Of a stretch of 64,000 bases of DNA, positions 1 to 14,345 are shown in pieces. Every line of letters begins with the position of its first letter. Positions within the stretch are counted from its first letter, which is position 1. The notes beneath the pieces were generated by a model. It saw nothing but the letters and a program-made list of their open reading frames with translations, was not told where the DNA came from and ran no database searches. Source of the stretch: Paraspadella gotoi. Its lineage: Eukaryota > Animalia > Chaetognatha. Made by a program: the position numbers and the translations under genes. The DNA is taken from contig CM119266.1 of NCBI GenBank assembly GCA_051294375.1, forward strand, positions 19,727,657 through 19,791,656, read 5' to 3'.

Positions 1-291
1 ATTGTTTTAGGATTAATATTTCTTTTATCAACTTTTCATGAGGATTAAAATTATTTAACAACAATTTAAAATTTTAACATAATGCATGAATAAAAATTTT
101 CTATGTAAAATTGAAAAAAAAGGAAGATTTTTGTATAAAAATATTAAGACTGTTTGTTCATGATTCACTTTTCGAATTTATATTCTGATTTTAAAAATTT
201 TATTGCTCATTCCTTCTCTGATAATATAAGTTTTCCAAAAAAATTAAATTAGATAAGGTGATGAAGTAAACGAATTTTTTTCTCGGTTCAG

Positions 292-386
292 CTGCCGCTC
301 CCAACGATGAAGATCTTTATAAGGAAATCCAATCGATGAACAGCTCCAGTTCTTCTGAAGGCGCTTTGAAAGGCAAAAGATTTTGA
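292..386 (+). CDS. Possible terminal coding exon of a gene starting left of the window (AAPNDEDLYKEIQSMNSSSSSEGALKGKRF*)
   Basis: Pyrimidine tract plus ttcag acceptor ending at 291; GC-richer open frame to TGA 384-386, then AT-rich UTR-like sequence. No family recognised. Confidence 0.3.
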
Positions 387-1006
387 TTCTTTAATTCAAT
401 GTACAAGTAAATTTAAGATATTTTTTTTGTTTTTGTAATTTGCTACGTTTATGCCTGTTATACTGAAAGAAAATCTTTTCTTGTTTATGAATGTTACATT
501 TTCTTATGTTTATAAAATTGCGATGCCAAATGCTTATTTCTGTGCATCTGACTTTGTATATAAGACATTTTAACAGAATTTGTTATTATTATTTTAAAAT
601 TTTTAGAATCTTATAATTTTTATTAAGGTAATTTCCCTTTCTTTTTCGTTGGGTTTAAAATTAGGATAAAAAAGTTTTCTTTGTTTTCCAAACGGTCTTA
701 AACTAAGACCGAAGCATGTTTGAGTTGTTTTTTTATCTCAATTTTCAATGAATTTTTATTACGAATTTAATAAAGAATGTATTAATTTAAATAAAAATTT
801 TGAGTTTAATCAAAATTTTGAGCATAGTCTGGGGTACCAAGTTGCAACTATTATAACTCTCTGGAGATTGGGTACTATATCTTTACAATTTTTGTTACAA
901 AGAAAATATAACGAAAGATTATTTGTATCACGACAATCGTTTTTTCCAAGACAATTTATTTAAAACAGTTACTTTAGTATTTGATTAAAACCCGAGAAGC
1001 TTTATA

Positions 1007-2189
1007 CAGGGAGGTCCAGCTCTTTTGGGACGAACTTAAAAAATCTTAAAAGCATAAGGATCGTCGCAATCGCATAAGAAAAATCTGGATTGATGACAAA
1101 TTTTGATACTAAAAAAAATCAAATTTGAGAAAAGAAAATTAATTTATAAAAAGAAAGAAAGAAAAGAATAGAAAGGAAAGAAAGAATTGAAAGAAAAGAA
1201 AGAAAAATAAAAATAAAGAGAGAATGACGAGAAGAAAGAACGAAATAAAAACCCGATGTTGCGTTAGCAAAATGATAACCTGCGATGCTTAATTTTACGA
1301 GTTCAATCCTAATTCAATTTATTTTTTATTCAAACGCAGAGAGAGAGAGAGAGAGAGAAGCCAAATCGTTTTCGACGAATCAGCAGAAGCAGCAGGAGAA
1401 ACTTTTTTATTGTCAAATAAACTGTTCAGCAGATGCAGCCCCTGAGAAAAAAAAAGAGAGAAAGAAAAGAGAAAGAGAGAGAGAAGCCAAATCGTTTTCG
1501 GATTAATCAGCAGCGGAAGCAGCAGAGGGAGCCAGAAAATAGAAAGAAATCAAAAGGCAGCAGCAGGAGAAAATAAAAAAAAAATAAGAAAGCCCCTGCA
1601 GAGCCCTAATGTTCTCGATCAGCAGAAGCAGCTGCAGACTCGTTTTTTTTCCGATGACTGGGGAAAAGAGAGAGAGAGAACATATAATTAAAAGAGAAAA
1701 GAGAGAGAGAAAGAAATATAAAAATAAAAGAAAGAAAATTTGTTTGTTTTGATAAAACGTAAACAAAACATATTTAATAACTGTCCTCACCCAATTTTAA
1801 GGACCTCAATGATGAGAAGCTGTATATAAATTTTCAGCTTCATACACCCAAATTTAATCATTAAAAAAGCGATCGATAAGTTGGAATGCCGACGACGACT
1901 ACGCCACTATTTTCTATTTTTATATTTTATAAAGAATTTAGTATTTAATCTATATTATTTAATCAAATATATATTGCTTTCTTTTTTAAAATTTTTTTAT
2001 TTATCTAATAATTCAATTTGGGAAGGCGAAGTCAGTGTTGTCTTCTGGAAATAGTAGTTGCTGTTGGATTTTCCAGACGTTTTTTGATATCGATTAAAAA
2101 AAAATTTAACCCCCCTTTTTTCCTATATCATAAATCGTTTTTGAGCTGTAAGCACTTGAAGTTAGTCCCATTAGAGCTGGACCTCCCTG
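1007..2189. mobile_element. Non-autonomous TIR DNA transposon (Tc1/mariner-like ends, TA target duplication)
   Basis: TA-cagggaggtccagctcttttgggacgaactt (1005-1037) is the imperfect inverse of aagttagtcccattagagctggacctccctg-TA (2159-2191). Interior is AG-rich with an internal duplication (gagagagaagccaaatcgttttcg at ~1331 and ~1477). No transposase ORF. Confidence 0.6.
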
Positions 2190-3039
2190 TAGAAACATTC
2201 GGGCCGAGGGCTCGTTTTCAACTATTCCTTTCTTTCACTCTCCGCCCTCTCTCGCCCGTGGCAAAGAAACAAAAGACAAAGACAGCGACGGTTGATTTCA
2301 CCGGGTCAGTATTTTGGTTCGTGGGGGGGTTCTGAGATTTTTCGATTTGAAAAATCATACCAACACGATATACGTAATAGTAGGTCAAGCCGTACCGGCC
2401 CTATCTAATTTAGAACAATGAATTATTTCCTATTTCAGAACCACTACACATTTTAATATATTTTCTGCCATTATTCGGTAAGAATATTTTTGCATCTTTT
2501 CGTTTATTTACAAGAAAAAAAAACCAATACAAATCTTATTCATTATCACATGGAAATAAATAGGAGTAAATCAGCAAACACTAGTAAATATTTTCACGAA
2601 AATCAAAAATAAAATAGTTGACTTTTATCAAGAATCTCCTTTTTTTGATGACAAAAGACGCTGCTTCCCTGTGTGTTTTGAGTGAGTTTGTGCGAGTTGA
2701 AATTTAAAGAAAAAAAAGTTGCAATTTTTATGAACGAATTGACTTCGAGGTTAAAACGCTTTCGCTTATTGACCAACAGCCAGTGACTGACAGAATTAAA
2801 CGTCTTTTTTACTCTTTTATTCTGGGGAGAAGGATTTTCATTATAGGAAGTGATAGTGCCACTGTGCATCACTGGCCAGTGGTCAGAAACACCAACAGTA
2901 AAAAGAACAACCCAGAAACACGGCACATCCCAAAATTAATAAATTAGTCATTATTTTGGGCAATGAGTTAAAAAGTACTTCACTGACGGGATTAATTCTA
3001 CAGCACAATTTCAAAGTAAAACTTACTTAAAATTGTTTA

Positions 3040-3045
<6 letters not shown>

Positions 3046-3090
<45 letters not shown>
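3046..3090. repeat. poly(T) tract
   Basis: About 45 consecutive T. Confidence 0.9.
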
Positions 3091-3092
<2 letters not shown>

Positions 3093-3189
3093 CAAAGTAA
3101 CACTAAAACCACTCACAATAAGTTACTTTGAGGCACTGCTCAGAAGATCGGAGCACTTGCGAGCAAAAATACGGTTTGTCATATTCGAA

Positions 3190-3378
3190 TTTGTTTTATT
3201 TGATAAAACTAACATGTTTTGGCTAAAGTGCTAGCCTTCATCAGCGCAAATTTGATTGTAAAATTTTTTACATATTTTATTATTTATGCAAAAAACTATG
3301 AAAATCTCATAATAAAACTTGCGCTGATGAAGGCTAGCACTTTAGCCGAAACATGTTCGTTTTGTCGAATAAAACAAA
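3190..3378. mobile_element. MITE-like foldback element with ~60-bp inverted arms
   Basis: ttgttttatttgataaaactaacatgttttggctaaagtgctagccttcatcagcgcaa (3191-3249) pairs with ttgcgctgatgaaggctagcactttagccgaaacatgttcgttttgtcgaataaaacaa (3319-3377). Confidence 0.7.
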
Positions 3379-3669
3379 ACAAACTAAATTTTTATTTTAC
3401 ATTAATGCAATTATCCCAACGACAAGAAAGATCCAAACAATGAAGAACGAGAACATTTTTGACATTTTTGGCCACTTAAACATTAAAATATATTTTATAA
3501 AAGGTTTATAACTATTTTGGCTGAATACGGGCTTCAGTTTTTCTTTAATAAGATTTGTGAATTGTTGAAAATATCATTTAAAAAAAAGAGAAAAGGCATT
3601 AAATTTAAAAAGATATTTTTAAACCACTAGCATCGCTCCATTGTTCTGTTCAGTGCTCAAAACTGTTAA

Positions 3670-6272
3670 TCACTGCAAGGATTTCACGGCAGTATTATTT
3701 TCCCACTGCACAGCACCGCTGGTTTCAAAGTAAAGCCAAATGGCCATCTGCTTAGACGAGGCGCTCTTCATACATGCGGGGATTTTTGGCGCGATCTGCT
3801 CCGTCGTTTTCGACGCCGCCATTTTTGCGATTACTGCGTCGTCGCGTTTACTGATTTTTTCCGTCGCTGTCGATGCCGATCCAGAAGAGGAAAGTTTTCC
3901 TTTGAGAAAATCAGAAATGGAAGCGGCCGCAGATTTGGGAGCCTCGTTAATCGCCGATGACGAGATCACCGCGGGTTGAGGCTCGGACCGTCTCCCACGG
4001 GCTCGCGACGACGAGACGGGATAATCCCCAATGACGTCTCCGCCAATGACGTCTCCGCCCGTGTCGGAGAGTGGCGTCACCCCACGATACGTCCGGTCGT
4101 CGCCTTCGTCTTTTTTAAACCAAAAGAGAAAGAGTGAGAGCGAGTGAAAGAGAGATTAGGTTTGTGAAGCGAAGTTTAAAAGTCATTACGTTATAGTTAT
4201 ACTTAACTGCAACGCTAATCATAAAAAAAGCATCGGGTTATGCAAAAAAAAAAAAAAAAATTAGGTCTACCGATTATAGTAAGTTAAACATATTCGTGTG
4301 AAACTTTGAAGGAAAGTGAGTTTAAAAAAAAACACCAAAATAAACAATTTTGATGATAAATGAAATTAATTAATTAATTAATTAATTAATTACCGGCTGA
4401 TAATACATCCCGCGAATGCGAAGAGATATCTGTTCGAAAATTGTAAAACGTGTCGTTTCTAGTTGTTTACAAAAGCTACGAGTGATACAAATTAAATTAA
4501 AACCAATAACTCAATTAAAATAAAACCAGAGACTATTAAAATCATCGTATGATGATGATTTTTGGCAAGTGTAATAGGCGCAGATTGACGTTGGGGTCGT
4601 AAAGGTTGCGCCGCCTGGCGTTCGCCTTTTGTTTACGAGCCAAGAAAATCGTTTTGTTGATATTTATATTTTTTTCAGTTTTTTTTCCTAATTTGGACCA
4701 CTTATAATTAAAATATTGAAAAAAGAATTATACTTTGTACAATTCATCTTTTTATAAGCTATTGAATATGTTTTTAAAAATCTAAAATGATAAAAAAAAT
4801 TGTAACATTTCCTATCTATATTTAAAAAAATAATTGCTCGCTCTTTTTGTCCGTGAAAAGTTTTCTTAGAAATGTATAAATTTTTTTTTTCCTTTTCGTT
4901 CTGTTAATTTAAATATTTTATATTTTTGTTGACTTGTACAATTTATGCGTTTATCTGTAGACTGTAATGCTGTATGCTCTTTTGAATGTACTGTTTCAAC
5001 TAATTGTTGTAAACGAATAAAACACATATATATTCCGGAATCAAACCTCTGACCAGCCACCATACAACTTATTATGTGCTTAAGCAAAACTTACAGGATT
5101 TCCTATTGGCGACTCTTGGTTTCCTGCGATCTCTAGCGACGACTCGAGAAGTCGGCGACGTCGCGGTTTTAACGAGAGAATCCAAGAGTTCGTCATCTTC
5201 AGTGTTGAACCCTTCGGTGTCCGTGGCAGACCCTGCCCGGTATCCGCTACCCGGTCCATAGCCCGTCCGCTCTGTCAAGAAGGGCGAATGAATTGGACAA
5301 CCAGGTTCGACGGCGACGAAAAAAAGGTTCGATAATATAACTAAATACTAACTTCCTGGCGCCTTAGGTCTACTTTTATCCGGCATAAAGCCTTCCATTT
5401 TTGCGACTCTTTGATTGGCTCCCGTCTTCAAAAGCGAGGCCAATCGTTGTTCGTCCTCACGTTGTTGTTCTTCCAAAGGCTTTTGTTCGGGTCTTCGGAA
5501 TCGTATCGTCTACGCAAAAAAATAAACCGTATTTATTGAAAATTATTAACTAAAAATACTTTTTTTAATTAATTATTTTAAATCAATACTTTTTTAATTA
5601 AATTAAAAAACTTAACACAAAAAAAAAGCAAAATAAAGAAAAGTGAGCAAACCTTTGGTTTCTGTTGATTTTTGTTCAATGAGGCTTCAGTCGCCATCGC
5701 AACTTGTTTCTGTTTCAAAGAAAACAATTATTGTTACTTTAGTAAAAAAATGACAGTTTGGCCGACGAGAATTTTCTGGAGGGTCATTACTTCTTTGTCC
5801 TTGTCCTTAGTATTTTGAATTTCCCGTTTAATAAAAGAAAACCATAACAGTAGATCAAGAACAGGCCTGTAATTTACACTACGTCTTAGTTTAGGTATGT
5901 AAAACTTTTAAGACATCTTAAAAGCTGAGTTAAAGAAGTTTAAATAAAAACAACATAAAATAATGATAAACAATTGAGTATTGAATATGAAAAAAGCGGA
6001 ATGACACAAAAGAAAAGAAAAGAAAAGAATTAAAAAAGTACCTTTGCTCGGTTAGCCATGATTTGCTGCTTAAGAAGCTCCTTTCTAGCTTTTGCTCTTT
6101 TATCTGGATCCTCCTCTTTATCGATCTCCGCGTAGACGCCACGAGGGAGACGCGAGGCGTTATCAGCGCCATCTTCTTCGCTCTCTTCTGTGATCGGATT
6201 TCCTTCGGCGTCCCGCCATCTTGTCTTTTGACGCTGTGACTCTTCTTCTTCATCGAATTCATCGTCTGGCTC
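3670..6272 (-). CDS. FHOD: FHOD C-terminal exons: post-FH2 linker, DAD region and Ser-rich terminal exon (4109-3670)
   Basis: Exons near 6272-6042, 5710-5653, 5509-5355 and 5271-5096 ([34 protein letters not shown]), a possible 36-nt exon 4429-4394, and last exon 4109-3670 ending AVKSLQ*. The 3' part is less certain. Confidence 0.65.
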
Positions 6273-9200
6273 CTGAATTACAAAATTTCGTTCATCTCAA
6301 TTTAAGTTACGACTTTCCATTTTTCCGTTTAAGATATTTCGCCGCATTATTTGCATTAACTTTCTGCTATGCAGTATAAACTAAATTGACTAAAATGCTA
6401 TAAGACTCCCTATATGATGCCGCATTTATTTTCGCGTCATGTGATCAGATTTTCAGGAGATGAACTCAATAAGAGACTCATAACATCTCATATGCGCTAA
6501 ACCATCTCAACTCCTTAATTGATGCAATATGAGCATTTCAAACATAAGTGGGAGATCAACAGTCGGACAGTCGGACAGACGTACAGATCGCAATTAAGAG
6601 CCTAACCCCAACCGAACTTTTCCCCAATAAAGTACCAACCTCAGTGAACAATTTTCCGCGCATTTTTGCCCGTTCCCTCTGATTAGCTTTCTTTTCACGA
6701 GTCTGAATCACTTTCTCACGCGTTGTTCTATACTCGAGCGCGAATTCCGAAGTCATTCGGCAAAAGAAGCTCACTTTAAGTTCGCGCGCCTGTGAGAGAA
6801 GAATGTGATAAATGTGACAAACGAGGGTCAAATAGATTTAAATTTAAGCGATTGCGTAACCTGATAAGTTGGGACGCCCATAAACAGAAGGAAATGCCTG
6901 AAACGGTTTAATACTCTTCGATGGATAATCTTCAGAACCATAATTCGCTCAGCAGAATCGGCGAGAAAATCCTGCATGGATTAATTTAGTTATACTAATG
7001 TTAAATTTAAAATCCTGAGGAGAATATGAAAAAAACCTTCATTTTCTGTATGATAGGGGAACCGGCTTCGTGCTTGCTGATCGCTCGTAGATTACCCCAG
7101 TTCATTTTACACTGCGATTCCATCTTTGCAAGTTTTGCTGCCAATTCTTCCCAGTCAATCTGAAAATAAATATAAATGCCCAATTTGATAACAGTTAGTT
7201 TAATAACGTTGATACTGCAGCTCGATTTTTTCTGAAAGAATGAAAAAAACTAGTGTAATTTTTTTTGTTGAAAGAAAATCCTTCAAGGTTCAGAAATTGT
7301 TTTATTAATTTATTTTCTATTATGAATGAAACCATGATAAAATCAAAGGTTCAGCTAATCCGTGTCTCAAAAGAGAAAACGATTTGGCACAAAATAAAAT
7401 TTTATTAATCTTAAACGTCCTTTCATCACGCTTTAGCAACTATACTGGTCTTATATTGGAAGGCTTTTTTCCTACAAGCTTATGCTTGTTCTTGACCATC
7501 AAATTATCAATGAAGTCTCAACATGAGAAAGATAAGGTGAAAATGAAAGAAAAATTAAATTTTGCCATTTTGACCATCCTTGTAAACAATTTTTTAAAGT
7601 AGTAAATTAAGGAGAAATTAAATAAAAATGTTACAACCCAAATTTCAAACAGAAATATAATTATTAAAAAACACAGTGCGATCATATTTCCAAGTCAATC
7701 GCTGGTCAATTACCTTAGCACACCGAGTGAGGCAACCGATCTCAGAGTAGAGATCAGATGAATCCTGAAACTTGTCCAAGATCATGTTGCATACGTGATG
7801 GAGGAGCGAATGTTTATGGACAGTGTCTTTAACTTCAGGAACTTTGCTAAGATACTCGAAGTGAAAAGCGCGAGAAGTTGAATGATTTAAGAAGTTTCCC
7901 ACCGCGAGAAGCGTGGCCATGATGTATCTAAATGAACGAACATATATTAATAAACTTATTAAAAATTTTTTATATGTATCTTTATTTTTATATTTCATAT
8001 ATTAAATCTTAATATACGTATAAAATATATATATATATTTTTTACATCAGTACTAAAATCTCTGCTATCCAGTAACATCAATTCATTATGGGTGACTTAG
8101 GATCTGAAACATTAAATCCTCATAAATTCTCATACTTGTAAGTCTTGTTGTTTTTAAGATCATCGATGCCCTTCTTAAGGTCGGCCAGTGGCTCGCTGAC
8201 TTCTTGTTCCAGGTTATCGTAGTCCATCTTGAAGGCCCAAAGTTGAAGTCTGGCCTTCAACTCGGAAATGGACGACATTGTTGAAATGATTTGCTCCGCG
8301 TTGCCTGCGTCAAGAAAAAAAATGCGATACAGCAATAGAATAACGTATTTTTTACACTGGACATACAATCATCAATCATACAATCGTACCTAGAGGCAAA
8401 TCGGGCTGAGCCTTTTGCGCCTCCAAGAGTCGAAGACTCTCGTCTTCCGTGGGTACCATGATGCTGAGAACTTTCTCCAGCTGTTCACGATTGACTATCG
8501 AACTATCCATTTTCATAATGGCCACCTGTAATAAAAAGCTATTCCAATCTGTTCTGTATTACTAATTATTTTTTTTTTGCCTAAAAAAGTTAATGTCAAC
8601 TAAAACCTATCAACTAGAAAATTCGAGGCGGATTTGAATTTTTTTTTTACCTTCAGCGCTCGGAGAGGAGGCAAGGATGTCATTGCGATGTTCACCATAT
8701 TCGATCTTTTTGCGTCCAAAACAATAATGACGTTGGCATTTTCTTTCACCTTTTTCTGAAAAGGTTATTTGGTTGACCTTCAATCAGATTCTATAACATA
8801 ATTTATCATTCAAAATGGACAATAACAAATAATTAAAAAGATTAAAAACTTATTAAATGATTAAAAATAAAACATAGGTAAAAAGTTAGATTGTGGCAGT
8901 ACGACTTAAAGCTGCCCTGTCAGCCATTGAGACAAGGCGGAGAGGCGGCTTCAAGTCGCACTGCCACAAGATAATATTTAAAACAATTAAAACTTTGCTT
9001 GCATTTGATAAACTAACGTCAGATCATCGGATCACGGCAGAGCAGTTGGAAAAGGATGTTCAATCCATTCTTACCTCTTGTTTCTAAAACGTAAACCATT
9101 TATAAAAAAAATATTTATTCGTTGCATATTTATAGTTTAAAATAATAAATAAAATTAAAAGTAATTAAAAAAAACCTTTATTTTGACTTCGTGGGCGCGG

Positions 9201-12200
9201 TTTTCAAAGAGGTGTTCGAGCTTCTCGGCATCGAGTTTGATTTTGCCAACGACTTCGGGGGGGAACTTCCAAAAGGTTCCTTCGCCGGACGTGACTTCTC
9301 CAACTTGTTGTAGTTCTTTCCAGAAAAGTTTAATCGTCTTCTTCTTTTTCTAAAAAAATTAATCAAAAAACGAGTTATAATTTTTCCCTGTTGGAAAATT
9401 ATATTGATTCTACTTATGTTGCTAATGCGCATTGCACAAATTGATTTCAACTTACAAACTCTATAAAATTAATGAATCGTCCAATTCATATAAAATTTCA
9501 TAATATATACTTAAAAATAGTGAAAATTTGAAGATTTTTGCGATTCTGCTATCTTGACCCCGACTTTGGAGTGTGGAGGATTAAGGTCTCCATCCCATTT
9601 ACAAAATAATAACATAGCACTCATAGCACTAGCAGGACCCTGCAAACTTTCAATCAAGAGTTACAGTCTACTTTATTCCCTATCAGAGTTACTGACTTCC
9701 CTCTCAATAAAGTGGAATAGTATTTGAAAGAATGTTTCAATAGTCTAAAAGGAAAACTCTCCTATATGGTACTCCGCACTAGCAACCAATTTATGAACTA
9801 TAGAATCCAACTTTTATTTATGACGGAAAAACAAATAATAAGTTCGCATTGACAATTGGTTGAAAAACGGCAATTCATGCGAAAAGTATATAAAAAAATT
9901 TTTGAATAATAAATATCGTTTATAAAGATATACATATGCGTTTCTTACCTCTTCCTAATTGAAATATAATTTAACAGAGAAAATAAATAGAGCGAGAATT
10001 ATACTGAACTCTGAAGCATCAAGCAATTTTATGAAGAAACCTCCTACATTTTTGCTAAATAATTTACCTCCTCATCTTGATTCTGTTTGTTTTGCAGAGC
10101 GCCTGGAGGAATCTTTCCATAGCGTTTCATCACAGCATCTGGAAAGTAAACGGATTATCTCATATTAGTGTATTTGTTTTCTTTCTTATAGGATAAGAAT
10201 AAGGATATAAATTAAGGAATGAACTAAAAAAAAACAAAAAACCAAAACATCCTTACCCGGAAGCGGAACACTAAGCATCGGAGGCGGGGGAGGAGGAGCT
10301 GACCCTGGCGGAGGTGCAAGTTCCGAGGAAATTCCGGGTGGGGGCGGAATGCCGCTGGCGCCGCGAGGCATTTTTCCTAACTTCTTTAACACAGCATCTG
10401 GTAGAGGAGGCATTCCAAAAGGAACAGGCGGTGGAGGCGCCATTCCGTTGGCTGCGCCAGGCGGTGGGGGAATTCCCGCGGATAAAGGCTGAGCACCGAC
10501 GGCGCTTGCCTTCAATTCCATCCGAGCCTCAACAGGGTCCTCATCGTCTAAATCCTTTTCAAGGAAAAAATAACGAGTTAGTTTTAAGTTTAAAAAAGTG
10601 TTTCTTAATTTTTTTTTCGATCGACATAGAATTACTTAGTGACAAAAATAACTTTGACAATCAAAATTAAAGATTGTTTCTCTTTCGATTCGTTGAGCTG
10701 AGAATCAAGGTCAAAATATTTTTTTTTTCAACAACAGAAATTAATAGAATAATCATTTTCACATAATTCCACATAGCTCCTTGATTTAATCAGAGTAACA
10801 ATCACCACACTTGACGATCATCTTCATCACTTCCCGCGCCTCACCATGAGATCCGTAAAGTCAAGGTCCCGAATTCTGAGCGGACGAGAAAAGTCTTTTC
10901 TGATTTTCTCCCATTGCTCTTCCCCTTCCTTTGAAGGAGCTTCTTTCTTTTCTTTTTCGTCTAATTTGATGCCCGCTTGTTCCTGTGAGAAAAACGGAAA
11001 ATCCAGGAGAAATTTATTGTAAAAATGAAATGATAGATTGATTTTAGTCATTTTGGTCGTCACTTTATTACACAATTTACGAATATTTTTAATTTATTTA
11101 AAAAAAACTAAGTCATGCGTATTAAAAGTAAAATAAACAGACAGAGATCGACCGACCGACCGTAAAACGACATATGGCAACCCGTTCTGCATTAAACAAC
11201 AACGAACATTGAGATTTCGCTTAATAAAACTCACCGCTTCTTCTTTGGTGAGCGTGGCTCCCGCTTTGGCCGGCGCGACGAGATTCGATTTTACTTTTGT
11301 TCCTTTTTTTCCTTTGGCCGCCATTTTCTTTTGCAAAGCCGCGAACCCGAAAGCCTGTTCGTCTTCCGACTCTGATTCTTCAGGTTTTTCTTCTGGCGCC
11401 GCCGGATGCACAGCGGGCGCGGGAAGTTCGGGAGTTGGCGCCGGGGGCGCCGCTGAGACTGGAGCCGCTGGCGTGGCGGACGAGAGGGCGGTTGGCGTTG
11501 CGCCTGTTGGTGGCGTTGCGGAATATCCAGTGGGCGAGGTGGGGTCGACCCAACCTTTGCCCGGGATAAACTTCTTGGAGACCTTAAGCGAAGGAAGGGC
11601 AAAAGGGGGCGGCGGTGCTGAGGGAGTTGCGCCACCAGGGGGAGCCGGTACGCCCAGGGGAACTGGTGGCGCTGGGATGCTTGACTGTGCCGGAAAAGCC
11701 GGCACACTCGGCGGCGCCGGAGATTTTGGCATGCCAGGAGCAGCAGGAATGCCGGGTGGCGACGTGATATCCGGCACTCCCTGAACAAGGGGCGGCATGG
11801 CGGCGGAGGGAGTCTTGTCCAAACCAATGGGAGGGACTGCACTTCCAGATACCGGGAAAGGTTTAGGTACATTGTAGGAGGGTTTGAGTAATTCTTCGGC
11901 GGAATATTGTCTCGTGTAGCCAGGAATAGAATCTAAATGAACAAAATAAAAAAAATTGAATGGCGAATGCGTATAATCTAGGTTCTCTTTTCCAAAAGCG
12001 TCCCATTATTGAATTTAATTATAACCTTAATATTTTATTATTTCGAGCTTTTGAAAATAAAAACAAATTCATTATTTGTAAACAAAATAAAATTTTACTT
12101 AATTCTAACCTTAATATATAATTTTAATCTGTTGTTAAACTTATAACCTAATTCAGATCCAGTCCTTACCCTAAATCTTAACCCTAACTTATTCATTAAC

Positions 12201-14310
12201 CCTTATTCATTAACTATATTCCTTAACCTAATCTATAACCAAAATCATTAAGCCTAATCTTTGAATCAATATTTAAACCCAAAAAAATTATTTAATTCCG
12301 AATTTAAGATAAAATGAGTCGCTTCGGGAAAATAAGGGAAAAAAATGAGCTAAGCTCTCAATACAACTCTACCTTTATTTTCCTTTTCTTCCCGATTGAA
12401 TTCCTCCTCTTGGGAATAGTCTTGCATGTATCGGTAACTGAAAAACAGAACGAATTAACATTTATTAACAATATTAGCTGACAGCCAAGCAAAAAAATTC
12501 GTTTAGCCACAAAAAAATATTAATTAATAATCTGGACAAGTCCACAACAATTTGTACGAACGGCAAAACTGACTTTAGGCAGGAAAAAAGTAAAATTGGT
12601 AAGGTTGAGCCGGAGGGAATAGGAAGGAAAGGATATGAAGAAACGATGGTAACTGTGGCAGCCTCGAATGCGGGACCTTGGACAGCAGTACATATAACGT
12701 ATAACAATACAAATGTTCATAATTTACAAGAACAAAATCATGAACTTTTTTGTCCACTTGAATGACCACTCGATCCTTTTGTCCTAACAATTCTATGTTA
12801 TACCTATAGTCATATACCCACTGTTTCTGGTTTAAAAACACTTATATAGACAATAGACCTTTTCGGAACCTTCTGCATGAGACATCATGGAATAGACTTC
12901 CAGGACCCACTCAAGATTCGATCCAAACTATCCTTAATTTTATCTTGTAAATATTTGTAACCAAAAGCTTTTGTAATCGTTTATTTATTGTTGAACAACA
13001 AAGCATTCTCCATCTGAACGTTGAGGCTGCCACAAAATGATATACCTAATACATATATAATTGGGGAAGTCTGAACTTACAGAACGGTCGTTGAGTTTTT
13101 GTCCACGCTATACAAAATAAAAGTGTAGAAGAAAATAAATATTTATTTCGGAAGCTGTTTTTAGTCGGATCTGCCTATTGCAGATTCCGGGTCTATAATT
13201 CACGTTGTCTGTCTTTTTTTATTATGTTTCCAGTGAATTATTTAGATCGTTTTAAATTATTAAGTTATGAAAATTGTTTTAAGGGGACCCAGTGATAAAA
13301 ATGATATCATAAGCTTAAGGGTCTATCATTAAAGGAATTCGAATGGTGATAGTCATTAATTTTTCTTCGCGCGGGAAAGTGGAGAAAAAATTCCCATCTC
13401 CTTGTTGCAATTCGAACAAGGACGAGATATTTATTGGAAAATTTTTTAATTGATCTCCCCTAAATACTGATACCCTCCATTCTCTTACTTTCACTTGGGA
13501 AGTCATTTTTCAATGAATTTCGATTTTTATATTTTTTAATGCAGAAAGCTGAATTCTTGCGTCTGGGCTTCCTCTGATAAAGGAATTTTAATAGTGATAT
13601 ATCTTCTTCATTCACGCACAGGAAAGGACAGAAAAAAGGTCAAATCCCTATTAAAATTCAACAAGGATGTCATTTTATTTGGTAAACATTTCTCATGCCG
13701 CAATGTGATATCTTTCCGGTTTCCGTTGACTGTAGTTTGCAACAGATTTAAATTTAGAAGAGATAAAGAGCGCTTCCCTTCTTCTCATACTTGTACTAAT
13801 GTTAGAGGTTATACTTTGATCAAATTAATGATTTGACTTTAAAAGAAACTTGAATTAAAATTTTTCATACCTTAAATTTTTATCCATTCCTGATTTTTTT
13901 TAAATTTTTTTTGGTTTTTGAGAAAAAAAATAATCAGCTTACGAAGTGGCCTCAGACGGAAAGTGAATGAACTAACATCGTACGGAAAAGACTGGACTAA
14001 TTCAAGCAATAAATGGGAAGATATTGATCGCTAAATATCTTATTATATAAGTTAGTAAATAGTGAATGATGAAATTTAACCTCTTAACCATATTTTTAAA
14101 CAGAAAGTAGAGACACAGCAAAATACGTCTGCGAGGCTAATTGATTTCAAAATCAATTTATAATAAAATTGAAATGGCATATTGGTTTCATTATATTTGT
14201 TTTCCTTTCTCTCTCATTTCTATCTCACTCGTTGTAATAAATTTCTAATAAAAAAAAATTCAATGACAAAGTGTTCGCGTCGTTTCTTCATCTTTTTCGT
14301 CATCGGTTTT

Positions 14311-14345
<35 letters not shown>

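Noticed and set aside
12859-12928. Possible extra 70-nt FHOD exon
   Set aside because: Its length does not keep the 2-2 phase needed between neighbouring exons, and the donor is weak.
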